A stretch of DNA of 62,062 bases, counting the filler, from Hausera hauseri (taxonomy: Eukaryota): NCBI GenBank assembly GCA_046269625.1. It is 12 parts of 12 records of this genome, joined end to end, with 100 filler letters (N's around TTAATTAATTAA, not from the genome) between each part and the next. Parts side by side here need not be neighbours in the genome. Positions count along the whole stretch, not along the records: positions 45,586 to 51,536 come from JBJURY010164309.1; positions 51,637 to 56,963 come from JBJURY010278841.1; positions 57,064 to 62,062 come from JBJURY010365816.1; 9 more parts are not named here. One strand, written 5' to 3'. Every line of letters begins with the position of its first letter. The first letter of the stretch is position 1. Below the pieces are notes generated by a model that saw only the letters and a list, made by a program, of their open reading frames with translations, had not been told where the DNA came from and searched no databases. Both the position numbers and the translations under genes were made by a program. Positions 46,011 through 57,942 of the stretch are shown here, in pieces.

Positions 46011-47666
46011 TTACACTTAATATGTAGTTTATTTTTGCATTATTTCAATATTTTGCGTACTGTAGCACTGAAAAATTATTTTTTTGCGGACTTAACCGCT
46101 GTAAATTGCATGCAATACTACTATTTTTCTGCTATAGTCAAAATCTTAGAAATTCATAAAAACATTACTAGCATAATCTTGTAAAATATCATATATCCAA
46201 GCATTATTCGGGAATTTTTTTTGTACCGTTGTACAAATCTAGTATTATTAAATTAATTTTTCAACTGATTTCATACAAAAAATCTCAAAAATCGACAGGA
46301 AAAAATTATATAAAATGTAAATGTCTAAATCTGCTGACAAATTTAACAGTAGTTTATTTGTGAAATTACTTATATAGAATTTCTAAATTTTGTCAATTTA
46401 GACCTTCATTCAAATATGTTTTTTAACTGAAATATACAACTTTTAAGCTAAATTGTTTTACAGTTTATAGAGGAGGAACTGGGCTACAAGATTCCGTTAT
46501 CGCTACCAAGTTAGCATGATTAGAAACATGAAAAAATCGTGTTCAAAAATACCCCAAAATTCGTGAAATTTGACTAATTTGAGAAATTTTGACAATTTAG
46601 AGCTTCATTTGAATCAATGTTGTGACTGAAATATGCAACCTTTAACCAAAATTTTTTCGATTCTATGCAGCAGTTCCATAAGCATACGTGATTATTTATC
46701 CGCTGTACATGGGGAGTAAATTTAACCTCTGTGATTGGATACTGTCTATATATATATATATATGGTGGATTTTTTAAGACTACGTAGTAACCAAAATTTA
46801 CATTTTCGTTTGCGATTGAAATTTCCATAGCAATGATTTTGTATTTATGCTTTATTGGAATTTAATTTGATAATATTATTGCATACAGTCGCAAATGTGT
46901 AGTATTATTGCATGAATACACAGTCACAATAATTGTACACACACATACACAAACTATAAGCAGAAAAATAAGTCATTGGAACTAAGAAGTATTAAAAAAC
47001 ACCGTTCTAGTGACAATTTTTTTATCTCAAATGCATCAGGCTTTGGACCCATCGCTTCTTTAATTATATAAAATTTCTCATCCAAAATGACTCAAAAGAA
47101 ATGTTCCCCGCATTTGAATCATGTGATATTAAATTTTATTTTTATTATCTCAGCTTATAAGTTCCATATAAAATGTGTTTCGCCTTTTCACGTCTTTCAG
47201 ATATTCAAACGTTTTTTACAAGATTGATTGAGTTTCTTAAAAATATATTTTTAAACATTTTTGTTTTTTAGAAAATGAACAAATGTATTTTAGAAAACAA
47301 ATGTATTTAAATATAAAAAATGTATATAAGCACTGAAAATTTTCAACTATTTAAGTTATGTGTAGTAAATAATACAGGAGTAAAAATAAAGAGAACCTTT
47401 TTACTTATATTGGAAATGTGATATATAAAAAATGTACTTTTAAATTAAAAATGGAATAACAAATCTAAACAATCATCCAGCCTACTATATAATTTTTCAG
47501 ACATTTGTAAACATTTTCCGAATTACTTTGAAAATGTGGTTTTTTCTAATCATATATGAAAAAGAGTTATTTGAACGGTAATATATTTTTAAAAAGTTGA
47601 ATTCATATAGATCGGCATTATAATTAAATCAACCATATATTCAGAGAATTTCTCCAACAAACAATT

Positions 47667-48152
47667 CTATTTGAAAATCATATTGTGTAACATCGAAACC
47701 AAACACTAGCTGATATTTGCCATCATCAGTTCATCAACACTCTCCCCTAAATGTCTTTTCGGATCAATTTTATCGACATCCTTAAGTGCCAATTGTTCTT
47801 TTGTCATTTTCTCTTCATCTTCCAAAGACAGCATCATTTTCAACGTTTCTTATTTATCCCAAGAATTCTTCAAATTCAATTCGCAATGCCAGGTTTTTGT
47901 GCAAATTTACCATTATTTTCTGCTCCAGTTCATTCATTCTGCAACGAATCTGATAGAATAATGACGATTCAATCCATGAATTAGTGCCTGAATAGACGGT
48001 TTCTGCAAATGACCGATATTTCATATCGTCTGACATGGTTCCTGACTGGCCAGAACGTAATTTGGGTTCATCAGACGAAACGCGTCGATGACAATTTTAC
48101 CTATGACGCTCTGAATTGAATCAATGACAACTGGAACAGTTCGGACACAATC
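47667..48152 (-). pseudogene. PSMD14: 26S proteasome deubiquitinase Rpn11 C-terminal exon, disrupted
   Basis: [69 protein letters not shown]. Splice acceptor tttatcag at the 5' edge. Internal stops and frameshifts. Confidence 0.93.
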
Positions 48153-49114
48153 CTGATAAAGAAATTTTTCACAACCAAATTTATTATATGAAATGTTAAA
48201 CCTGTTAATCCGCCAAGACTTAGAAGCTGATGCATTTTACAAAAATTCTGTAATTAATCTTTTTTTTAAATTGTACGCTAGATTCAATATATTTAAACAA
48301 TCTCAAATTTTGTATGGGATAATCACTGATCAGCAGAACCAAACAATTGTGAATTTTCTGAACATTTTTGTAATTCGACTAATGCAGCATTAAAAATATT
48401 TAACGGATTCTGTGTTACGTATATAAAAAGTTCAAAATTTTCTTAATGGTGGATGCATATAATTGAAATATTATATACATGCATACATGGCATTTTATAA
48501 TATTTAGCATTAGAAATGGAATCGAAGTACCAAACATGTTCCACAAGACAAATGCATCACTAATGCCAGAGATTGGTAGAATATATATTTTTCACAAAAC
48601 ATTTAACAGAATATGTATGGAAAAGACATATATTATTTACAATGCATAAAATTATTCCAATACACAAAAAATTCCAATACTTTTGAATATGCGAATTCTT
48701 ATTCCTCATTACATATAGTAATTTTTAAATATTCAATTCGTGAAATTTTAATTATCTCTCCATTCTTCAAATTTTCATCCACCGCATTTTCTGATCGTAG
48801 ATACGAAATACTGATGATATTAGATGAATGCTTGTACGGTTCGAAGTTGGTTAATGCAATGTTAGTGTCCATGTTGCTAGGTTTGATGAATCATCGACAG
48901 AATATAAAAACTTTAGAAAGCGAGTTTTAGTCAGAATTTCATCCAAATTATTGGGAAATTTTATAAAATTCCTAAATTCTTTAAACATCCAGATTTGTGT
49001 AGGAATAATGTATAAGTGCGAATATCTCTGCATAAGTATTTTGGGAAACACTATATTTGTTTAAATAATGTATTCAAAAATTCAGCAATTATACTTTTAT
49101 CAGTTTTGTTACCA

Positions 49115-49769
49115 ATGGACGAAAATCAGTCAGACGTTCCAGGTATTGTATATCTATCATCAATTCCAAACGGCATGAATGTTACTCATTTGCGAACAAT
49201 AATGTCGGAATATGGTGAGCTCGATCGAATTTATTTGGTACCATATGAATCCAATAAATCAAAACGACCCAAATATTCAGAAGGTTGGGTTGAATTTAAA
49301 AAGAAAAAAGATGCAAAATATTCTGCAAAAGACCTAAATGGCAAAGTTGTACCAAACTCCAAGGTATTTCTCATAAAATAATTTTAAAATGAATTTCAGT
49401 TAGAAAAAACCATGGGAAGGAGTCATTTTCAATGTTCGCTATTTGAAAGGATTTTACTTGGATTGATTTGTACAAAGACGAAGTTTCACACAAAATTGAA
49501 AAAGAGGAAAACGCCTCAGACATATTTTAAAAGCTAAGAAAGAAGCTCGAATTGCCAAAGGAATTATTGATTCACAGAAAACATCTGCATCTAAACCGTC
49601 AGCAGAAACCTCCAATTTACTCTCAGATATTAATTCGATTTTAAATTATGTACCTGCGAAAAGACCTAAGTTAGATGAGAAAAAAACGCGAAAAGATGCA
49701 ACAAAAAGTGTCGTTGGTAATCCGTATTTCCAGTTGAGACTTTTCGGTTTACCACCAAAATCTTCGTAA
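49115..49769 (+). pseudogene. ABT1: ABT1/Esf2 pre-rRNA processing RRM protein; 36-bp intron (49364-49399) and homopolymer frameshifts
   Basis: PGIVYLSSIP..M..LR..YGELDRIYL..YSEGWVEFKKKKDAK...NVRYLKGF/TW. GT..TTTCAG intron. Confidence 0.88.
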
Positions 49770-50322
49770 GTTATTTATATAATGTAATAAGCATGGATAT
49801 GACATAATAGAATGAGATGCTAAAGATATAGAATGAGTGATATATGTTATGTTAATCGAGGAAAATTATATAATAGTCATGGAATATGATAAGGGAATAT
49901 ATGTAAAATGAGATATACAAGTAAGACAGTATGTATGTGATATAAGTAATATTGAGGCAAAACATATTGGTAATATATGGAGAATATAGCAGGATTATTG
50001 CGAATAAGAATATGGGTAAAACATGAGACATATATATTGAGAATATGTGAGGAATGTATGGGAATATAATATATTTCAATTGTGAAACTAATCAAAACTT
50101 GTATTGCCCTGCCATATTGATAATATATGTAGATAAAATATATCTATGTTGAGACATCTATATTGAGCTATGTACGTGAACATAAATGTAATAATTGTCG
50201 ATTAAACGCAATAATTTACTGTATGATGTCAAAAATTTTACATTTCTTAAAAAATCATATGGCTAAACTCTTGTAACATAAAGATCAGATTAAAAACACA
50301 ATATAATTAATACTTTCAATCC

Positions 50323-50495
50323 TGTTTGATTGACCATATATCCTATTTGTTTGCCTATATACTCCCTATTTGATTGACCATATATCCTATTCGTTTGCCT
50401 ATCTGATTGACCATATATCCTATTCGTTTGCCTATTCGAATGACCATATATCCTATTTGTTTGCCTATATACATACTATTTGATTGACCATATAT
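50323..50495. repeat. Minisatellite TGATTGACCATATATCCTATT(T/C)GTTTGCCTAT, ~5 copies
   Basis: Visible tandem copies. Confidence 0.9.
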
Positions 50496-53400
50496 ATTTG
50501 TCCATATGGAACTGGTAAACGTCCGACTAGCAACAAGGTGCTGTTCCTTGTTGGATCGAATTTTCGTTCATTCCTTATTACTATTTATGTAGGTCGGTTT
50601 TGAATTCTCAAGATGAAAGACTCGATATAAGCAAAAATATTTAATCGAATTTTGGCATTCTGAAATAATTTTTCTGTATTTATTAACATTTTTGAATGAT
50701 ATAAATTAAGTTGTCAGTGAAATGCAAAAGTACTTCATTGGAAAGAGTAGTTTAAAAACAAATAAAAGACGAAATATAAATTAAAATTAAATTGCATAAA
50801 ATTTTAATTTTTCTGAACAAGTCTCGACTGATTTTCAGTGTCATGTCATGAACTCTCATTTCTATCAAATTTGATATTAAGTGTAAAATGAAATTTCTTA
50901 TTGATATCAACATAACCAACATGAAATTTGGTCAAAGTAAGCAAAAGTGACTTTGGAACAAAAATTAGTTCAAAATTTTTGATAAAAGTATGGTAGATAG
51001 ATACATAAAAATACTAGAACATTTTAACAGAATTTTCATCGTACATATTAGGAAACTCAAAATGTTGAAAATTAATTATTAAAAACTGAATCAGAACATA
51101 ATTGTAGTAGAGTTCATCGAAATTAAACACTGAATGTAAACCCAGACGTAAATAATTTACAATTATGATGGTAGTACCAGTTATAAGGAACAACACTTTA
51201 CTGCTAGTCAGACTTTTACAAGTTCTACAGATTCTCCAAATACAAAATTTTATGCTGATTAATAATATGAAAAGAAAATTGCAAACTAAAATAAGATTAT
51301 GCAATATGGGCTTCTAAATGTTACGTCATTTCACACTTATTCAATTTTCTTCCAAACATTCAGAAAAAATGTTGTGAATTAATAAACTTTTTGCCATTTT
51401 TCAATCATTAATATTTACCTTATTGTGTTTTCTTGATGTTTTGTCGACCTAATAAATATCCATCTAATATTTGACTCATAACATCTAATCGTTGATGTGT
51501 AAAGTTAATATTTATATATAAAAAAGAAAGATTAGTNNNNNNNNNNNNNNNNNNNNNNNNNNNNNNNNNNNNNNNNNNNNTTAATTAATTAANNNNNNNN
51601 NNNNNNNNNNNNNNNNNNNNNNNNNNNNNNNNNNNNGCTTGGTTATAAGAAATCAACAAACAAACCAAACACCAATCAACCAACCAACCAATCAACCATC
51701 CAAACAATAAAGCAACCAGCAAAAAAAAAAAAAATTACGTGAAAGAAATCTACCCATCGTTACACAGTTGTTTTGTTGATGTGTAAGTGTGTGTGCGCGC
51801 GCGCATGCTCGCGCTTGGGTATATGTTGTTCTTTCTTCTCAATATTTCGTTCGATAATTTCACTTGTTTTCATCATCAAAACTGCGTTGAGTCTGCTGGC
51901 CAATACTAGGGATAATTTAACTTCCCTCCTAACAGAAATTCTTTTGAATTTGTATGAGTACCACACATTTTTTTTCTTTATGAATGCAAACCTTTTTTGT
52001 ATGAGTTCAGGTTGGTACTTACTGTATGGTTATTATCTTGCCTGTAGCTCCCCCTCGTCCTGCAACCCCAGAGAAGTTCACCATACCGCACCGCTGTGCC
52101 CGCTTTGGACCTGGTGGTCATCTGATTCAAGTCTTGCCTAATCTTCCCTCAGCTGGACAGCCTGCTCTGGTTGATATCCACAATATGGAGGTATATTGAA
52201 ATACATCATGCCTTGTTATAAAGAGCTATCTATGTTTCCGTTGAAAGGTTTTAAACTAGAGACATGTTGATTTTCTCAGTTTTATTCTTTTCTTTAGAGT
52301 TGCTTGTTACTTACAATGTTTGCATTTATTCCCGAAATATGTAGCTACATTTATCAGGCTTAAGTTACACACATTCAATTAAAACATAACACAGCCTGCT
52401 TCTCTTGTCATTCATGAGGGGAAATGAATCAATGCACGCATTCTATTCCTGTCTTTTAAATTAACTCTTTTAGACACGGACGTGTCGGAACAGATGTGGA
52501 AACTTAAGAATGCAAATGTAATGGTAATGACTCACTTCATTAAACCGATGTATGCACTAGTAATTACCGCATTCCAATATGCACGTGAAACATGGACATT
52601 AATCAGCGAACTCATAATCATCATGTGCCAAGCTGTGCAGCTTAGGCCATCATGGATCTCCGTCTCTTGCAGTTCCTGGCGTCCTCAGTCATCTCTGCTG
52701 TTGAATGTTTTTCGAGTCATTCAAAGAAAACCACCCAGAGACGTCATTTTCTGTTGCCAGCTACTTCTATTTCCTGGTGGTGAGACTGATGAAAAGTTCT
52801 CTACAACTCCTCTCTTTGCAAAATGGCCTGTCGTTTACGCATGTCTCCTTTTTATCATGCTTTTAAGCGAACCAGCAAACAAGGCAGTAAAAAAAACAAA
52901 CATATTAAACAAGATGCTCCAGGGCGACCCTGGGAAATTTTGAAATGTGATCAATGATAGGAAAGAAAGCACAACTATACAGACAAAAGTGGCAACATGC
53001 ACATTGTAATGGTATGGTCTTGAGACAAGAGAAATCTGCCTAAAAAACATCATCCTGTTGTTGTTCTTGTTCGATCAGTACATCACCAAGATCAGCTATT
53101 CTGGATGCACCATGAGACGGGCTGTTGCAGTCCAAAGAAGGACTATGCAGGTGGGTAGCTGAACTTTCCTGCTGTCCCGGTGGTGTCTAGAGGTGGACCA
53201 AATCCTCCAGGCCTTAATCCAATACTTGGCCTCTAGAAGTGATCCACCACTCAAATGAGGATCATCCCGAACCACCAGATAGAACAAGATAATGACAACC
53301 ACCACTATCTAGATCTTGCAGGACAAGTGATTATGCTTCGACTTAGGACAGGACAACATTGAATCAACAGTCATCTGCATAGACTGAAATTAGTACCTTT

Positions 53401-54501
53401 GCCCTTGTGTAAATGCCGACAGACAGTTGAACATGTTCTACAGGACTGCTATATGTTCACTCAACTGCGAACTGAACATTGGCCAACAGAAACACCAGTT
53501 CACAGTAAGCTGTATGGAAGCATAACTGGATTACTTGTGTAGACAACATTAAACAACAGCGAACGAGAAGGAGCAGAAGAAGAAGAAGAAGATCCCGAAC
53601 CACCGCCCATTAGCCGACAGACGACGTAGGTAGAGGATCTTGGCTGACTAAGATTCGTCAGTCCTGGCACAATCTATCAGGGTTGACCATGACTCGCCTC
53701 TAGCATAGCACCTCCATCCCCCAATACATCCTGAAATGGGCGTCCAAAGAGAAGAAGCAAAAGAGGTAAACATCACGTCCAAAAGTGGACACGAAAGCCA
53801 CGCTGTGAACTATGGTGGCCGACCCGTGATACACACAACCTTAGAAAAAGAAACAACTATGTTCGAACGACCACTTAGGTTACTGAACCAAGATAAGACA
53901 ATCCATTAATTCTGGAGCTAGGACAGTGCAGTGATTAAGTCACTTTGGTTCTGCCCCGCTATTTCCGTAACTAATAGAAATAAACCCCCTCCCCCCCCCC
54001 CCCCACGATTCACCTGGCCTCTAGAAATCGTAACTAATGCGAATTTCACTACGTAGTATTTGCTGAGAAGCAACACTAGTCTAGATTTTGTGGCCAGGTT
54101 GTAGAGAACGTATGAGTCGACCGTGTTTGCAGTACTGGGGAATTATACACGATATAGGAACACTCGCTGTTGAACAGGCGAGTTTGGATCAGGCCTTTGT
54201 TTCTCGTTTCGTTATGTGTGAAAAAGGAACGGAGGTGCTGTGTGGGCGGCTACCCATAGCCGACCCTGATACACAGTTCCTGGGCTGACGAGCCATGGTC
54301 GCCAAGATCCTTTGCCAGACGTCCCCGTCGTCGTCCCAGGCAACGGTAGGGGAACCTGCCGGCTAACTGGCGGAGGCTCCAGATGGTATCCGATTGAGAG
54401 GTGGATCACTTCTAGGAGGCCAGACATTGCACTAAAGCCTGGAGGACCTCGGCCCACCTCCTAGACACCACCAGGACATCAGGAAAGCTCAACGCCACTA
54501 C

Positions 54502-54690
54502 AGTAGTATAGGGATTAAAAACGACGCGTATTTCAGGCTGCGTTACGGCTGCGTTAAATGAGCCAAAGAGAGAAATATTCAGGCTGCGTCAGGCTGCGTC
54601 AAATGAGCCAAAGAGAGAAATACGATCGAGGGCGGTGTTAATTGACTCAAAGAGAAAAATACTGTCGGGGGCAGCGCTAACAGTAAGAGC
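54502..54690 (+). mobile_element. AGTAGT-starting terminus with subterminal repeats (Polinton-like TIR); related copy at 56803-56963
   Basis: Both start AGTAGTATAG and share GTATTT..GGCTG, AAATG..CAAAGA and AAATATTCAGG motifs. Confidence 0.55.
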
Positions 54691-55149
54691 GAGTGTTTTG
54701 TTTTTTAGGTAATTAAGTAATTATTACGTTGTTTTTAATTAGTTAGCATTTTTAATTAGTTAGCATCGTCATGATCATTCTTTTTGCTGATTAATTAGTT
54801 ATGGGGGATTGTGCTCTGGTGTGTTCTTTGATAAGTTATATAGGCCAAATATTTTTAGGTGCGTGCTTCTTCTTTATCATTCTTTTGCTGATTAGTTAGG
54901 GGCTCTGGTGTGTTGAGTGTTGTGTCTTTGTTGTAGTAGCTACATCTGTGTGTGACACAGAACAGTTACATTCTTATGCGAATTTACTGCCTTTCACCTG
55001 AACCATTGGCGTTCAGTCGACGATTAGTCTTGTCGAAGGGTCAACATCTTCGCACATGGATATGCATCCATAAGTGCTCCGTTATCCTCCATTCTGGAGG
55101 ATCTCAGCTCAGTGCTCTTACTCAGCTGCACCGTTGAAGACTCTGTATG

Positions 55150-55385
55150 TTGGGTAGATTTTTCCTAGACTTTTTCCTGGACAGCGACTGTTAGGCCTAC
55201 TCTTTTTCGATTTCCAACCACCAATGGATTTTTAACGTGCGCGACAATGTACACGGGCGTCCAATCTCACTACTCAGAGATCAGGGGAATTTTTTACTAG
55301 AAGATCCAGCAGAAAAATAAAATCCCAAGTACTTCCACCGGGATTCAAACCCCATATCTCTAGCACTCGAGGCGGACATCGTACT
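55150..55385 (-). mobile_element. tRNA-derived SINE with Nin-like core
   Basis: On the minus strand a B-box-like GGTTTGAATCCCG precedes GCACGTTAAAAATCC. A second copy is at 33055. Confidence 0.7.
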
Positions 55386-55979
55386 CGAGAACAATGAGCG
55401 TTGTGTTTTCCTGTGTAATGTTTTTGCAAATAGCGGAAGATTAAATATCCGATAATTATCCGTTTATTTGGTTTGTAAGACTGACGAAAGAGTATCGACT
55501 AAATTTTCAATAAACTACAGGCATGGGTCACGTTTCAATTTTTTTTTCTATGCACTTATTTCATAGTATGTCTCCTATTAATGTGTATATCACCTTTTGT
55601 TACCTGTACATCGTACATGCTCACTAATTATATCCATAGACCGAAGGACAGAGACTGTATTTGGAGGATCTTGTGTGTGAAAACGAATAACACGTGTTAC
55701 ATAGCGGCACGCTTGTTTTCTGTTATAGTCCGCGCGGCGGAAATTCATCCTCGACAGGTGTCTCGAATAGAAATGATTGTTTTGTCACCTTGAGTCGAAG
55801 ATCAGAGAAAGAAAAAGGAACCACTTTACAACGGTTAATGCTGACGCTGTACAAACAATTACTAATCTATAGTTATCATATAAATGATTTTTCGACTTTA
55901 TTATAAATGATGAAAAACCCGCTGTATCGAATGTCTTTAAACTGCTGAGATTAGTGTAACAAATCCCATCTTACAGCAA

Positions 55980-56360
55980 CATTCTTGGAAACGAGGCAGT
56001 TGGCAAAAGAAAGCAGCAAACTATCTCAGAATAACTCAAGTGTAACATACGAAGAGAAAACTAAAAGAATATTTGAGAATATATGCAGAGAAAAGTGGGC
56101 AGAAAGGTCATCCCCTCTACAACAAAAAAGGAGCTGAACATAAGATAGATAATAGGTGACTATTTTGCGACTACGCACACAGAAAAGTTAAGGACCACAT
56201 GTTAAATAAGCTGAGGCTAGGAAATTGTCATGAAAGTGATTGCAGTATTGGCCAAAACATCTCGTCCACGTCATATGTTTCAGAAAATGAAAAATATCCT
56301 TTGTAACAAGCATCTGAAACGAAAATCTATGAAAAAGGTCTTATAGAGTTGCATTATGCC
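55980..56360 (+). mobile_element. Highly decayed LINE RNase H/C-terminal remnant
   Basis: GNEA motif, then fragments resembling LRLRT..HML.KL, as at 35200-35700. Confidence 0.4.
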
Positions 56361-57063
56361 TATACTATTTTCAACGTTAGGGAAACTTGTGGGCTAATTT
56401 GCAGAGGCTCGAGCTGATCCCCAGTTGAGTGGTGGATCATTTCTATGTGGCCAGTGCACTAAAGCCTGGAGGACCTTGGTCCACTTCCTAGACACCACAG
56501 GAACAGCAAGAAAGCTCAGTTACCCTTCTCCATAGCCCGTCCTAAGACTACAACAGCTCCTATCATCCAGAAGAGATGACGCTCGGTGATGTGGAGATCG
56601 AACAACAACTACGTGAATGCCAATTGTGCTTGGTTTGACAACATGGCAAGTATAAAAATCATCAACAGATTTGAAATTGAGCACAGGAAATATAGATATT
56701 TAAAGAGACATTATCAGCAACGCCACGACACTTGATGATACTGAAAAGGCTCGCTAGGTTGTTGATAAGATTCATGACGACACACTTGGCAAATCCTCGG
56801 TTAGTAGTATAGTATACAATATGGGACCGTATTTGCGGCTGGGGCTAAATGGCTCAAAGAACAATAGTATTCAGGATCGCATAGGCGATAAGGAAATATT
56901 CAGGCGCAAGATGTCGGCGTGTAAGGGGAGATAAGAAAATATTCAGGGTTGCGCATGAAGAGGNNNNNNNNNNNNNNNNNNNNNNNNNNNNNNNNNNNNN
57001 NNNNNNNTTAATTAATTAANNNNNNNNNNNNNNNNNNNNNNNNNNNNNNNNNNNNNNNNNNNN

Positions 57064-57942
57064 GATGAACCTGACCGAACGACAGTATTATCCCAACCAG
57101 TAAACCACTGTAAGTTGAATCCAAGAGTGATACTTGTCGATTCAAAGCCCACATGCATAAATAATTTTAAAACTGGAGCATGTAGAAATATTTCTAGTGG
57201 CGAATCAATGATCACTGACTGTGAAGATTCTGGTAACAGTTTTGCTCGACGAAGTCTCAATTCTGGTATACGATTAATACGATTGTTTCCACTGCGGCTA
57301 TTCAAACTATCTGAAATAACGAATAATTTGGATGCATTTATCGTCATTAACAGTATGCGTGATGGTACGGGGTCTAGAGTTGGTGCGATGATAATGCAGC
57401 AATTAGCCGTTGATTATCCCAAAAGAAACCGAATACAATTGGTATTATTCCCCAGCCAGATAATGTCTACGGCGATCGTTGAACCATGCAATAGCTTATT
57501 CCATAGTCATACAACACTAGATACGTGTCATTTGTCTATACCTTTTAATAATGACGCTCTTTATGACATTTGTAAATATCTATTGTTCATAAATTCACCA
57601 TATTATTCTAATCTCAATCGAATAACATCTCTAACGATTAGCCCATCTACAGCATCAGCGCGATTTGAAACAACGATAAATTCTAGTTTAAAAAAAGTGC
57701 ATACAAAATTAACACCCTACCCAAGGATACACCACGCAATAATGAGACATTCTCCAATTCTGCACGAAACACGATTTAAGTACTCCAGTCCATCGGTCGA
57801 ACAAATTATAAGGAGTGTCTCCTCGAAAGATCACCAAACGACTAAAACCGACTTAAATAAAGGGAGATTCATATCGATTGTTATGAACTATCGCAGTACA
57901 GTTAAGCCGAGAGATGTCATGATGACAATTCAGAAATACCGA
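57064..57942 (+). pseudogene. Highly divergent alpha-tubulin (approx. residues 45-335), truncated by gypsy sequence
   Basis: PRVILVD, EDSGNSFAR, DGTGS, STAIVEPCN, HTTL, ALYDIC, NLNR, TASARF, PYPRIH and YRSTVKPRDV align with alpha-tubulin. The GGGTGSG signature is altered to RDGTGSR. Confidence 0.93.

Larger units (their letters stand above)
53140..56560. repeat. Three copies of a ~120-bp dispersed repeat (53140-53265 minus; 54385-54500 and 56415-56560 plus), SINE-like
   Basis: Shared GGTGGATCA(C/T)TTCTA..GGCCA..AAGCCTGGAGGA..CCAC..CTAGACACCAC..AAAGCTCA. Confidence 0.8.

Noticed and set aside
52482-52943. 153-aa ORF
   Set aside because: Non-ATG start, no motif, repeat-rich intergenic context.
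54283-54330. Possible hammerhead ribozyme core (CTGACGA)
   Set aside because: No GAAA after a stem II and no convincing stems.
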